From the NCBI GenBank assembly GCA_964576435.1, contig CAZNUP010000002.1:107302-171301 (forward strand): a stretch of DNA of 64,000 bases. The letters are read 5' to 3'. The notes under the pieces are model-generated. The model was not told the origin of the DNA, did not search any database, and worked only from the letters and a program-made list of their open reading frames with translations. The stretch is from an uncultured Gammaproteobacteria bacterium (GTDB taxonomy: Bacteria > Patescibacteriota > Microgenomatia > JAMCZE01). Position 1 is the stretch's first letter. Every line of letters begins with the position of its first letter. The position numbers and the translations under genes are program-made. This document shows, piece by piece, positions 20,377 through 28,997 of the stretch.

Positions 20377-20760
20377 ATGACAGGTTTTGTTGGGAACATA
20401 GAGCAATTAACTTTATCCAACAACGACTTCCGACGGGTTTTGTTTACAGGTCAACATGCTCAATTAGTTTTGATGAGTCTTTTACCCAACGAAGAGATTG
20501 GTCTAGAGGTTCATGAAATCGTGGACCAGTTTTTAAGGATTGAGAAGGGGAAAGCTAAAGTTATTATGAATGATGAAGAGTATGTTGTTAATGATGGCGA
20601 TGCGTTTTTAGTTCCTGCCGGGACAAAACATAACGTCGTTAATCTTTCTAATACGGAAACGTTGAAGCTCTATACAGTTTATTCACCGCCTCATCACAGA
20701 GATGATACAGTTCACAAAACTAAGGGTGATGCGGAAATTGATAAGGCGGACCATCTCTAG
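20377..20760 (+). CDS. Cupin domain protein
   Basis: EIGLEVH..DQF, VPAGTKHNV, LYTVYSPPHH. Confidence 0.9.
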   Translation: MTGFVGNIEQLTLSNNDFRRVLFTGQHAQLVLMSLLPNEEIGLEVHEIVDQFLRIEKGKAKVIMNDEEYVVNDGDAFLVPAGTKHNVVNLSNTETLKLYTVYSPPHHRDDTVHKTKGDAEIDKADHL

Positions 20761-20763
20761 TTC

Positions 20764-21234
20764 TTAGTTAAGAAGGACAATTGCTAAATTAAGAATGCTT
20801 GCAAAGCTTACCCACAACAGGTAGGGGATGAGGAGAAGAGATGCGGTTTTAGATATAGGGCGAAATTTTTTGATTGTAAAAAAAATGGCTAGCCATAGAA
20901 TAAAAATTTCTATGAGCGCTAATGTCGGTAAATGAAGATAGAAAAATAGAAATGACCATAAAAAGTTAAGAAGAAGTTGAATGCCAAAGAAAGTTATAGC
21001 CACCCTGGTTTTTTTAGTTTGTTTTTCTCTCCAAACAAGGAAAAGTGAGATCCCCATTAAAGAATAAAGTAATAGCCATACTGGACCAAATATCCAATTA
21101 GGAGGATTAAATGAAGGTTTCGTTAAAGCTTGATACCATGAATTTATCGAGGGAGTGGTGATTACAGAACCAGCAAAAGCGACCAAAAAACAAAAGCTAA
21201 GAGAAATGACCAGTTTTAACCATGATGATTTCAT
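20764..21234 (-). CDS. tspO: TspO/MBR tryptophan-rich sensory protein
   Basis: WY..L.KPSFNPPNWIFGPVW, PYLLWVSFA. Confidence 0.95.
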   Translation of the reverse strand: MKSSWLKLVISLSFCFLVAFAGSVITTPSINSWYQALTKPSFNPPNWIFGPVWLLLYSLMGISLFLVWREKQTKKTRVAITFFGIQLLLNFLWSFLFFYLHLPTLALIEIFILWLAIFFTIKKFRPISKTASLLLIPYLLWVSFASILNLAIVLLN

Positions 21235-21489
21235 TAATATTTAGTATAACATTAAAAATATCTATTATTTCTGCACTATGATAAACGGGCCTAGTGAGTT
21301 GTTAAACATTCAAAGAGCTGCTGCATATTATTTATTTCCAGGTTATCGAGAAAAGATTCAGAAACACGGGTTTTTAGGAATTAAATTAGTAGACCCTAAA
21401 TTGTTATAAAAAATTAGTCAAAAAGTTTTATTTTTGGACGCATGATTTTGGGGCATTTTATGCTAAATATTAGCTATTTATAAGAATTT

Positions 21490-21515
21490 AAAACTCCGGC
21501 TTATGCCGGAGTTTT
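21490..21515. terminator. Terminator downstream of hsp20
   Basis: AAACTCCGGC-TTAT-GCCGGAGTTT. Confidence 0.75.
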
Positions 21516-21529
21516 GGAATAGATCCAGT

Positions 21530-21931
21530 TCAACTTGTCTTTACTAAAATTTCCTTCGGCTTTTCCTCGGGAACCTTGTCAAAAGAGACTTCAATCATGC
21601 CATTTTTAAATTTTGCTGACGGATCTTTGGACAAGTTGATTTCGCCAGGAACAGCAATTTTATAATAGTAGTTTTGATATGACTTTTGATAATATTTCTT
21701 ATCTTTGTCTTCTTCTTGCTCTTCGGCGGCAATTGTCAAAACGCCTTTGTGAAATGTGACTTTAACTTTTGAAGGGTCAATTCCAGCAACGTTGGCATTA
21801 ACAACAACTGAATCGTCGGTTTCATAGACGTCTAGTGATTGGCTGGAACCTGAGAAATCCTCATCCAGAAGACTTGGCCAGCGAAGAATGCTTGGCATTT
21901 GAGAAAAAGGCTCGTATCTGATTATAGCCAT
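21530..21931 (-). CDS. Small heat shock protein, Hsp20 family
   Basis: LDVYET, AKFKNGMIEV; SD AGGAGG before ATG at 21931. Confidence 0.9.
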   Translation of the reverse strand: MAIIRYEPFSQMPSILRWPSLLDEDFSGSSQSLDVYETDDSVVVNANVAGIDPSKVKVTFHKGVLTIAAEEQEEDKDKKYYQKSYQNYYYKIAVPGEINLSKDPSAKFKNGMIEVSFDKVPEEKPKEILVKTS

Positions 21932-21956
21932 TTTTGTCACCTCCTTTCAAAATTTA

Positions 21957-21983
21957 TTAGCACTGTTGTATCACGAGTGCTAA
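21957..21983 (-). promoter_or_regulatory. CIRCE operator (HrcA site) overlapping the hsp20 promoter
   Basis: TTAGCACTC-N9-CAGTGCTAA (one mismatch to consensus); TTGACA at 21988-21993. Confidence 0.9.
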
Positions 21984-21997
21984 TTTATGTCAAGGGG

Positions 21998-23683
21998 TTA
22001 TATGCTTTTACTTCTGAGGATTGAAATTAACAGCAAAAAGGTGAGGACGAGGGATAGGATGAAGCCGATTGCTGCAAATGTTGGAATGCCATAAAGTTTT
22101 GATGTGTCGACATCTCGCAGCAGAAGGGAAGTGCCAAGGATTACCGACGATAAAAGAAGTGCATATATTATTCTGTTTGAAATCGTTTCAAGCTTTTTGA
22201 AAATGTAGTCAATGTGTAATCTTAAATCAGATAGGTTAGCGTTGACTGTGAATTTGCCTTGTTGCAAAAGTTGAAGCAGGCTTCTTAGTTCTCCCGGAAA
22301 CTCTTTAATCAAGTTGATGGCATCACTTGATGACATGTATAGTTCTTTGGCGAAATTGACTGGCGAGAGATTTTTTTGAATTAGGGTTGTTGCATATTTT
22401 TTCGCGTTGGTGGCAAGTTCAAAATCCGGATTTAGGTGTCTGCCGATGCCCTCAAAGCTGGTGACGGTTTTGATTAGAAGATAGATATTAGAGGGAAGAC
22501 TTATATTATATTTATTGAGAAATCCTAGAATGTTTGTCAGCAACTCGCTAATTTTTATGTCTTTCAGGTTTTTGTCGTAATAGGTGGCCATGAGACTGGC
22601 TACATCAAACTCAAGGTAATTTGCGTCAATAACGGTGTCTTTTGCTGTCATGTTTTGTATTATTCTGGTGATTTTTTGGGCGTTTTGTTGCGAAAAAGCG
22701 ATGACAAGTTCATTGAAATTTTTTTGTTGTTTGGCTGTCATGTAGCCCATGAGCCCAAAGTCAATAAAGCATATTCTTCCATCTGCAAGGAGCAAGATGT
22801 TTCCGGGGTGGGCGTCACCATGGAAGAAGTTGTGTTCAAATATTTGTCTGAAGCCAACCTCAAGTAAGTCATCCGCGACTTTGACGGGATCGAAACCAGC
22901 TCTGATTATTTTTTCTTTGTCAGTTATTTTGATGCCCTCAACAAAGTCCATAACAAGAACTTTTCGAGTGCTAAAGTCGGGGTAGACAGTTGGAACATAG
23001 ACCTTTTTTTCTTGCTTGAAGTTGCTTTTGAAACGCAGAATGTTTCTTTCTTCATTTTTAAGATCCACTTCTTTTTCAAGTTCTTGGCGGAGTTCCTTGA
23101 TGGGGTTTCTGTCTTTGAATTGTTTTTTAAACTTAGTGAATTTTGAGATGTGACTTGAGGCATAAACTAGGACGTCAAAGTCTATTTTTATTTGTTCTTC
23201 AATATCAGGGCGCTGGATTTTTATAACAACAGGCGTGAGGTCGGCAAGCACTGCCCGGTGGACTTGTGCAATTGACCCGGAGGCTAGGGGCTCTGGGTCA
23301 AACATAAGAAAGACGTCTTTTAATTTGCAGTCTAATTCTGTTTCAATAATTTCGACTGCCTGTTCGGACGAGAATGGGGGAATGTTGTCCTGAAGTTTTT
23401 CGAGTTCTTTAATAATATCTTCAGGAAGAAGATCGGGGCGGTTACTTAAAAGTTGACCAATTTTAACAAATGCCCCACCCATGTCTTCAAGAGCTAGTCT
23501 GATTCTTTCTCCTCTGGTCAGAGTGGTGATGGGATCTTTCTTGAGTTTAAATCTGTTTATCAGGGGGATGCCTTGAAATCGTTTAATGCTTAAGACTTCA
23601 TCAAAACCGTATTTGCTGATGGTTGATAGGAGAAGTTTGTACCTGTTTCGATGTGCTCGTCCTAGTAAATGAAGGCTGTCCAT
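21998..23683 (-). CDS. ABC1/UbiB family atypical protein kinase
   Basis: FVKIGQ, ASGSIAQVH, HGDAHPGN, DFG; C-terminal TMs. Confidence 0.95.
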   Translation of the reverse strand: MDSLHLLGRAHRNRYKLLLSTISKYGFDEVLSIKRFQGIPLINRFKLKKDPITTLTRGERIRLALEDMGGAFVKIGQLLSNRPDLLPEDIIKELEKLQDNIPPFSSEQAVEIIETELDCKLKDVFLMFDPEPLASGSIAQVHRAVLADLTPVVIKIQRPDIEEQIKIDFDVLVYASSHISKFTKFKKQFKDRNPIKELRQELEKEVDLKNEERNILRFKSNFKQEKKVYVPTVYPDFSTRKVLVMDFVEGIKITDKEKIIRAGFDPVKVADDLLEVGFRQIFEHNFFHGDAHPGNILLLADGRICFIDFGLMGYMTAKQQKNFNELVIAFSQQNAQKITRIIQNMTAKDTVIDANYLEFDVASLMATYYDKNLKDIKISELLTNILGFLNKYNISLPSNIYLLIKTVTSFEGIGRHLNPDFELATNAKKYATTLIQKNLSPVNFAKELYMSSSDAINLIKEFPGELRSLLQLLQQGKFTVNANLSDLRLHIDYIFKKLETISNRIIYALLLSSVILGTSLLLRDVDTSKLYGIPTFAAIGFILSLVLTFLLLISILRSKSI

Positions 23684-23706
23684 TTTTATATATTTTGGAC
23701 AGTTAT

Positions 23707-24033
23707 TTAGATCGCCTTGGTCTTTTTGGTGGCGGATTTAGGAGTGGGGTCTTTGTCGATATCAGATTCCTTAATTATTAACACTTCTAGATCTTTTTTA
23801 GTGACAATATCCATTTCGTCGAGTGATTCTTTAACCAAGGTTTTGATTTTTGCGTTCAGCTTTGCTTTAGATTCTTCAGATTGGAGAAGGAGGTCGTCGA
23901 CGAGCTTTTTGCCCTCATCTTCGGATAGTTTGCTTTCCTCAGCGATTTTTTTGCCAATGCGTCTTATAGAATTAGCACTCATGGCGGCGAGGCCGAGACT
24001 GACAAAGGCTGACTTTTTTACAAGTTCTAACAT
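23707..24033 (-). CDS. Phasin-like protein
   Basis: LGLAA...EGKKLVDDL...VTKKDLE; usual ABC1 neighbour. Confidence 0.75.
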   Translation of the reverse strand: MLELVKKSAFVSLGLAAMSANSIRRIGKKIAEESKLSEDEGKKLVDDLLLQSEESKAKLNAKIKTLVKESLDEMDIVTKKDLEVLIIKESDIDKDPTPKSATKKTKAI

Positions 24034-24202
24034 AAGGTTATGGGTACTATAACATAGTTAAGTGTAGAGTCAAGTTATAGGATGATTTCAAAGCCCTGAT
24101 GGAAGTTTACCCCGATATCCATCGGGGACGTTTGAACTTTTTATGCTCAAAATTCATAAATGGTCTATTGACAAGTGTTTTTGCTAATGGTGATATTAAT
24201 AT

Positions 24203-24544
24203 ATGTTCGATCCAGTTAAAAACGCAAAGGTTGTTGGATTCTTAATTGTTTTATTAACATTGCTTGGGGTTGCTGCAATTTATGGTTTTGGTGAGGGAGT
24301 ATCGTTTACACCTTTAGCAATCGTACTTACTTTGGCTAGTTTAGTAGTTGCCTATGGTTTGATTAAAACTAAGTTATGGGGAGTTTATGGCCTTGGATTA
24401 TTGGGATTAATTTCGTTAGTGCAAATGCTAATATCATTTTCTTCAGGAGAACAGGTAACAGTTGGTTCATGGGTGACATTAGCTTTTTATGCAGCGTTAT
24501 TTTTTTGGTTCTTCTCTTCAAGAAACAAATTTTCAAAGAAGTAG
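24203..24544 (+). CDS. Four-TM membrane protein
   Basis: Hydrophobic 113-aa ORF with upstream promoter. Confidence 0.7.
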   Translation: MFDPVKNAKVVGFLIVLLTLLGVAAIYGFGEGVSFTPLAIVLTLASLVVAYGLIKTKLWGVYGLGLLGLISLVQMLISFSSGEQVTVGSWVTLAFYAALFFWFFSSRNKFSKK

Positions 24545-24688
24545 TTTCTAGGTGCTGTAATTTGTTCAATATAACTTTGCAGGGGCGGGTGCGTGGCGCG
24601 CCGCCAAATCCCGTTCCTCTTTCTCTTCAAGTGCAGGAAGCCGTAAGTGATGTTAAAACTTTTTACGTTTAAAAAAGTTCAAGTTATA

Positions 24689-25426
24689 TTAACTACTTAA
24701 AGATTTGAAAAATCTGGCCCAATCATAAGCGATCAGTGGAACTAAAAACGGAAGTGAGTTGAGGATTATATGAGCGCTGATTGGATAAAAGATATTTTTT
24801 GTTTTTAAATAGATCCATCCAAGAAATAAACCTAAAACAAATGTATTAATTATAAGTACAGGATAAACATGTCCCAGTGCAAACAGGCATGAGCTAATAA
24901 CTAGTCCTGGAATTATTCCCAGCTTTGCTTTGAAGCTGTTTAAAAGTATCCCCCTTGCGAAAAGCTCCTCGATAATCGGAACTAAAAAAACAATCGTTAT
25001 TAAAGAAATAATATATTGGCTCCAGGTGTTACCTGTTCCCAGACTAAGGTATTTGGTTTGCTCATTAAATGCAGATGTTTGGTTTACGGAGTTAAATATA
25101 AGCCCTGATACAGCTGTCGCAATTAGACTGATAAGAATAACAATTGGAATAATTATTAGAATAATTTTAAAGTTGAATCTTTTGTGATTTAGTTTGGCAA
25201 ATGTTTTTTTAATGTAAAGATTAAAAATAATTATTAATAGACTAAGACTTACTAGGTTTTGGAGTAAAAAAATTATTTCCGGATAAACTTTTGGGTTAAG
25301 GAGAGTTGTTACTTTGCCGATGAGGAAGAAAGAAAATAATTGAGCCAGAAAATAAATAATGATTTTCCTTAAAAGAGGTTTATTGAAAGGTTTGTCTGGA
25401 TCGAAAGTTTCCGAGGTTTTTAACAT
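24689..25426 (-). CDS. CPBP/CAAX (Abi) intramembrane metalloprotease
   Basis: PIIEELFARG, FALGH, AHIILN. Confidence 0.9.
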   Translation of the reverse strand: MLKTSETFDPDKPFNKPLLRKIIIYFLAQLFSFFLIGKVTTLLNPKVYPEIIFLLQNLVSLSLLIIIFNLYIKKTFAKLNHKRFNFKIILIIIPIVILISLIATAVSGLIFNSVNQTSAFNEQTKYLSLGTGNTWSQYIISLITIVFLVPIIEELFARGILLNSFKAKLGIIPGLVISSCLFALGHVYPVLIINTFVLGLFLGWIYLKTKNIFYPISAHIILNSLPFLVPLIAYDWARFFKSLSS

Positions 25427-25500
25427 TAGATTAGTTTATCAAAATTCGACTCATGTCAGAGGAGAAGACGATTAATAGAGTAGTAATACTGGAGAATTTA

Positions 25501-25614
25501 TGCAGAGGTTTACCAACAAATTCGAACGTGTTTTCGTAGAAAATGTCTTTATGTTGGCTCGCTCCGCTCGCCTCTATCTTAGTGTCGACCCGCTGCGGCG
25601 GGGGCCTCCGCTTT
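25501..25614 (+). repeat. Arm P, left junction copy; inverted repeat of 27045-27156
   Basis: First 72 bp identical to the reverse complement of 27085-27156, remainder near-identical. Confidence 0.95.
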
Positions 25615-25822
25615 AACGAATTTTTTGCGCGCGCGACACAGCACAGGAGCTTCCCGGCCAATTTGGGCGAAATTGGCCGCAATCGGCCGGAATGGTGGTA
25701 TTCGGCCGCTTGGGTTCATTGTGTGATTGCACAACAGGGATTTTGGTTTAGTGAAGTCATGTTAGCATAGTGCTATGCTGTAATGCGAGTATTCGTTCCA
25801 CAAATGTTATAATTGAAGCGTT

Positions 25823-26227
25823 ATGGCAACACCTGAAGAAAAGCTACTTAATTGGGCTAGGGAAAGGGAAGCTAATCCTCCTTCTCCATCTGTTCCAAAA
25901 CCTCCACTTGGTCAAGCCAAGGACGTTTTGATGCATTTTTTGGGAGGCTCGATTGGTTCCAGGAAGGTTACTTTAAGCGAAGGAAAGCCAACTTCAAAGA
26001 CTGCGGATGAGTTGAGGACAGAATTAAAAGAGGCACTTGGAGAATTTGACACGACAACTTTACCGGAAGATCGAGCTAGACAATATCAACAGATTGTTGG
26101 AGAACTAGATGGAAATCTGGATGATTTAACTCATTTGAATTTGATTGTAAAACACTATCACAATTTTGCCGCAGATCGTCCCCTGGATGCTCCTGAAATT
26201 AAAAAAGTGCGAAGAAAGCAAAAATAA
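25823..26227 (+). CDS. Hypothetical cargo protein
   Basis: 134-aa ORF with TATAAT upstream. Confidence 0.65.
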   Translation: MATPEEKLLNWAREREANPPSPSVPKPPLGQAKDVLMHFLGGSIGSRKVTLSEGKPTSKTADELRTELKEALGEFDTTTLPEDRARQYQQIVGELDGNLDDLTHLNLIVKHYHNFAADRPLDAPEIKKVRRKQK

Positions 26228-26237
26228 TATGTATTTC

Positions 26238-26903
26238 TCATGTTGTCACTTTTCTAGCGCGGTATGCTTCAATTCGTTTTGGAAGATCGTATAAATATTC
26301 GAGCAAGTAGTCTAGAAATTCAGTAATGTCGTTTGCGTCTTTAGGGTCGACACCGGAATCATTTGGGTCAGAGTGAGTTGCCTCATTCCCCAACAATCTA
26401 ACTTCATTGGACCAGTCAATCATTAGTGGGGGTAATAAACCCTGTTTTCCTAGATATTCAATTTCCTCCAAAAGATTTGCGCCTTTTGCCTTTTTATCTC
26501 GAAGCGCTGATTGCATCGAACTACGTGCCATTACCGAAGCTGCATCCCAATTCTCGTCAGTGAGGGATTTATGAGCTTGTAGCCAGTTTCTGCCAACGGC
26601 CGGTGGCCAGTGATCGGGGGATTTCGTGTATTTTAATGGAAAAGGAAGGACGCGATAATCATGGAGACTGTGACTACCACTGTATTCGCTTGATGACCAT
26701 AACACCATCACATAGCCAGCACAATTGCCGCATTTTAATGTGTCAAAATTAAGAACCTTACGGTTATTTGATTTTTTCTTTTCAGAATGATGTGCTGTTG
26801 AAAAATTACCTCTTTCCCCACAGAATGCGCATTCAATTCGATATATTGCAAGCGAGTCACCGGATTCTCCAATATGTTCACCGAGATCCCACCAACTGTT
26901 CAT
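26238..26903 (-). CDS. DUF4145 (HEPN-like) protein with Zn ribbon
   Basis: CAFC/CGNC; ASVMAR; RLLGNEATH. Confidence 0.8.
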   Translation of the reverse strand: MNSWWDLGEHIGESGDSLAIYRIECAFCGERGNFSTAHHSEKKKSNNRKVLNFDTLKCGNCAGYVMVLWSSSEYSGSHSLHDYRVLPFPLKYTKSPDHWPPAVGRNWLQAHKSLTDENWDAASVMARSSMQSALRDKKAKGANLLEEIEYLGKQGLLPPLMIDWSNEVRLLGNEATHSDPNDSGVDPKDANDITEFLDYLLEYLYDLPKRIEAYRARKVTT

Positions 26904-26996
26904 AGCGGCATTTTACCAGAATTTTTGTGTCGGTTTGTATTGTTTTGTCTTCTTGAAAACTTCTTGACTTAAGACGACACTGAAAAAAAATCGCGA

Positions 26997-27294
26997 AAAT
27001 TTTTGCGTTTTCTTTCACACACAGGATTCGAGCCGACCTTTTTCAAAGCGGAGGCCCGCCGCAGCGGGCCGACACTAAGATGACGGCGAGCGGAGCGAGC
27101 CAACATAAAGACATTTTCTACGAAAACACGTTCGAATTTGTTGGTAAACCTCTGCACAGAGAGACACAGACTCACAAGAAGGGGCGGCGATCCGCGCGCC
27201 CGCAACCGCGCGGAGCGCCGCAAAGGGCTGTTTCAAAACCGCGCTGAGCTGCCGATTAGAAAATTAAAAAGCAGGAAAGAAAACGCAAAAATTT
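26997..27294 (+). other. Structured recombinase leader containing an inverted attP copy (candidate ncRNA or second att site)
   Basis: 20-bp IR 26997-27016/27275-27294 encloses arm P(rc)-TGCA-arm Q. Confidence 0.7.
27153..27252 (+). repeat. Arm Q, 100-bp perfect inverted repeat of 28727-28826
   Basis: Base-by-base comparison. Confidence 0.95.
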
Positions 27295-27329
27295 ATTTAG
27301 GAACAGGAAAGTTACTCAAAACTGCACAA

Positions 27330-28949
27330 ATGAAATATATTGGCTATTGCCGAAAATCAACAGACGAAAAAGACAGACAGGTTTTGTCGATTGACGCACA
27401 AATTGCAGAACTCAAAGAATTTGCTCAGCGTGAACGCTTAGATGTTGTGGATTTTGTTGTTGAGGCAAAGACTGCCAAAGAACCGGGCAGGGAAAAATTT
27501 GCCGAAGTCTTGAAAAGAATTGAAAAAGACGAAGCACAAGGTATCCTTAGCTGGCATCCAGACAGACTTGCAAGGAATTCCGTGGATGGTGGGAGAGTGA
27601 TCTATCTTTTGGACACCGGGAAACTTTTGGATCTCAAATTTCCTTCATTTTGGTTCCAGAACACCCCTCAAGGCAAATTCATGCTCGGAATGGCCTTCAA
27701 TCAGAGCAAATATTATGTGGATTCCTTATCTGAAAATGTCAAAAGGGGAATCAGACAAAAACTTCGGCAGGGAATTTGGCCCAAACAAGCGCCGCTTGGC
27801 TACAAAAACAATCCCAAGACTAAAGGAATTGACATTGACTCCGAAACTGCACCTGTTGTCAAAAGAGCTTTCGCTCTTTTTGCCCAAGGCAACAAATCTT
27901 TCACTGAAATTGCCGATTTTTTCTTGAAGCATGGGATCACAGGAAAAACCGGGAAGAGATTACATTTGTCCGAAACCAAGAGACTACTGGGGAAAACTTT
28001 CTATATTGGCCATTTCAAATTTGGTGGTGAGCTTTATCAAGGAAGCCATAAGTGTTTTATCTCAAAATCCACTTTTCAAAAAGTTCAAGAGAGGCTGAAG
28101 AAAATTGAGCGACCAAGAAGGAAAGGCCACAATTTTCCTCTCGTTGGAATCGCTAAGTGTGGAGAATGTGGTGGTGCAATAACTGCCGAATCTCATCCCA
28201 GATTCTATCCCCGAACGGGAAGAAAAGTGGATTTTGTCTATTACCGCTGCACGAAAAAATTTGGCACATGCTCTCAGCGCTACACTCCGGCAGTAGATTT
28301 TGAGTCACAACTTGAAGAGTTGTTGTTTTCTGCATCTCTGCCAAATTCCTGGCAGAAAAAATGGAAAGATTGGTTGGATCGGGATGAAAAACTGGCGAAA
28401 GAATCCGCAGAGAAAAACCTGGCTGGTTATCAAGTCAGGATTGCTGACTTAGACAAAAAACAAAATCTACTGCTAGATACTTTCTTAGAGGGGACAATTG
28501 ATGAGGGAATGTTCAAAACGAAAAAGAACGAAATGTTTGAGAGAAAACAGAAACTTGAAGAAGAACTTTTGCAAGTGAAAGCTAGTGGCGCAGGTTGGCT
28601 CGAACCAATGAAAGACTTCATGGAAACGGCTTCACAGCTGGAAAAAATCGCGCGCGCAAAAAATTCCAGCGAAGATTTGCGAAACTTCGCCAAAAAGGTC
28701 GGCTCGAACTACTTTTTACAGGATCAGCAGCTCAGCGCGGTTTTGAAACAGCCCTTTGCGGCGCTCCGCGCGGTTGCGGGCGCGCGGATCGCCGCCCCTT
28801 CTTGTGAGTCTGTGTCTCTCTGTGCAGGGGCGGAAAGAATCGAACTTTCGTTGCGGGTTTTGGAGACTCGCGTCCTACCACTGAACGACGCCCCTTTATC
28901 CTGTTATTTTATCATTTTTATATGTTGGTGGTATAATCTATTTGTTTAA
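27330..28949 (+). CDS. Large serine recombinase (resolvase, recombinase, Zn ribbon and coiled coil)
   Basis: YCRKST catalytic Ser, DRLARN, PLGY, CGECG..YYRC; reads through tRNA-Trp antisense. Confidence 0.95.
   Translation: MKYIGYCRKSTDEKDRQVLSIDAQIAELKEFAQRERLDVVDFVVEAKTAKEPGREKFAEVLKRIEKDEAQGILSWHPDRLARNSVDGGRVIYLLDTGKLLDLKFPSFWFQNTPQGKFMLGMAFNQSKYYVDSLSENVKRGIRQKLRQGIWPKQAPLGYKNNPKTKGIDIDSETAPVVKRAFALFAQGNKSFTEIADFFLKHGITGKTGKRLHLSETKRLLGKTFYIGHFKFGGELYQGSHKCFISKSTFQKVQERLKKIERPRRKGHNFPLVGIAKCGECGGAITAESHPRFYPRTGRKVDFVYYRCTKKFGTCSQRYTPAVDFESQLEELLFSASLPNSWQKKWKDWLDRDEKLAKESAEKNLAGYQVRIADLDKKQNLLLDTFLEGTIDEGMFKTKKNEMFERKQKLEEELLQVKASGAGWLEPMKDFMETASQLEKIARAKNSSEDLRNFAKKVGSNYFLQDQQLSAVLKQPFAALRAVAGARIAAPSCESVSLCAGAERIELSLRVLETRVLPLNDAPLSCYFIIFICWWYNLFV
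28825..28895 (-). tRNA. tRNA-Trp(CCA)
   Basis: AGGGGCG/CGCCCCT acceptor stem, CT-CCA-AA loop, GTTCGATTC. Confidence 0.95.
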
Positions 28950-28997
28950 TAGAAAGAGAAAGTAAGCTTCTTTTAAATTTTTACTTCTTTTGAATAT

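Larger units (their letters stand above)
24578..28833. mobile_element. Genomic island at the tRNA-Trp 3' end (stacked serine-recombinase units)
   Basis: 11-bp direct repeat TGCAGGGGCGG at 24578 and 28823; recombinase gene; TGCA junctions at 24632, 25501 and 27153. Confidence 0.75.

Noticed and set aside
21278-21409. 43-codon ORF between tspO and hsp20
   Set aside because: No motif; cannot be distinguished from a fragment or noise.
25431-27223. ORFs 25431..25682, 25543..25770 and 26969..27223
   Set aside because: Chance frames across the GC-rich repeat arms; their similarity is explained by the IR.
26997-27294. Retron or DGR interpretation of the stem-enclosed repeat
   Set aside because: No reverse transcriptase in the window, and repeat differences are not adenine-specific.
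27138-27329. 64-aa N-terminal extension of the recombinase in the ORF track
   Set aside because: It runs through the inverted repeat; the catalytic domain starts at MKYIGYCRKS (27330).
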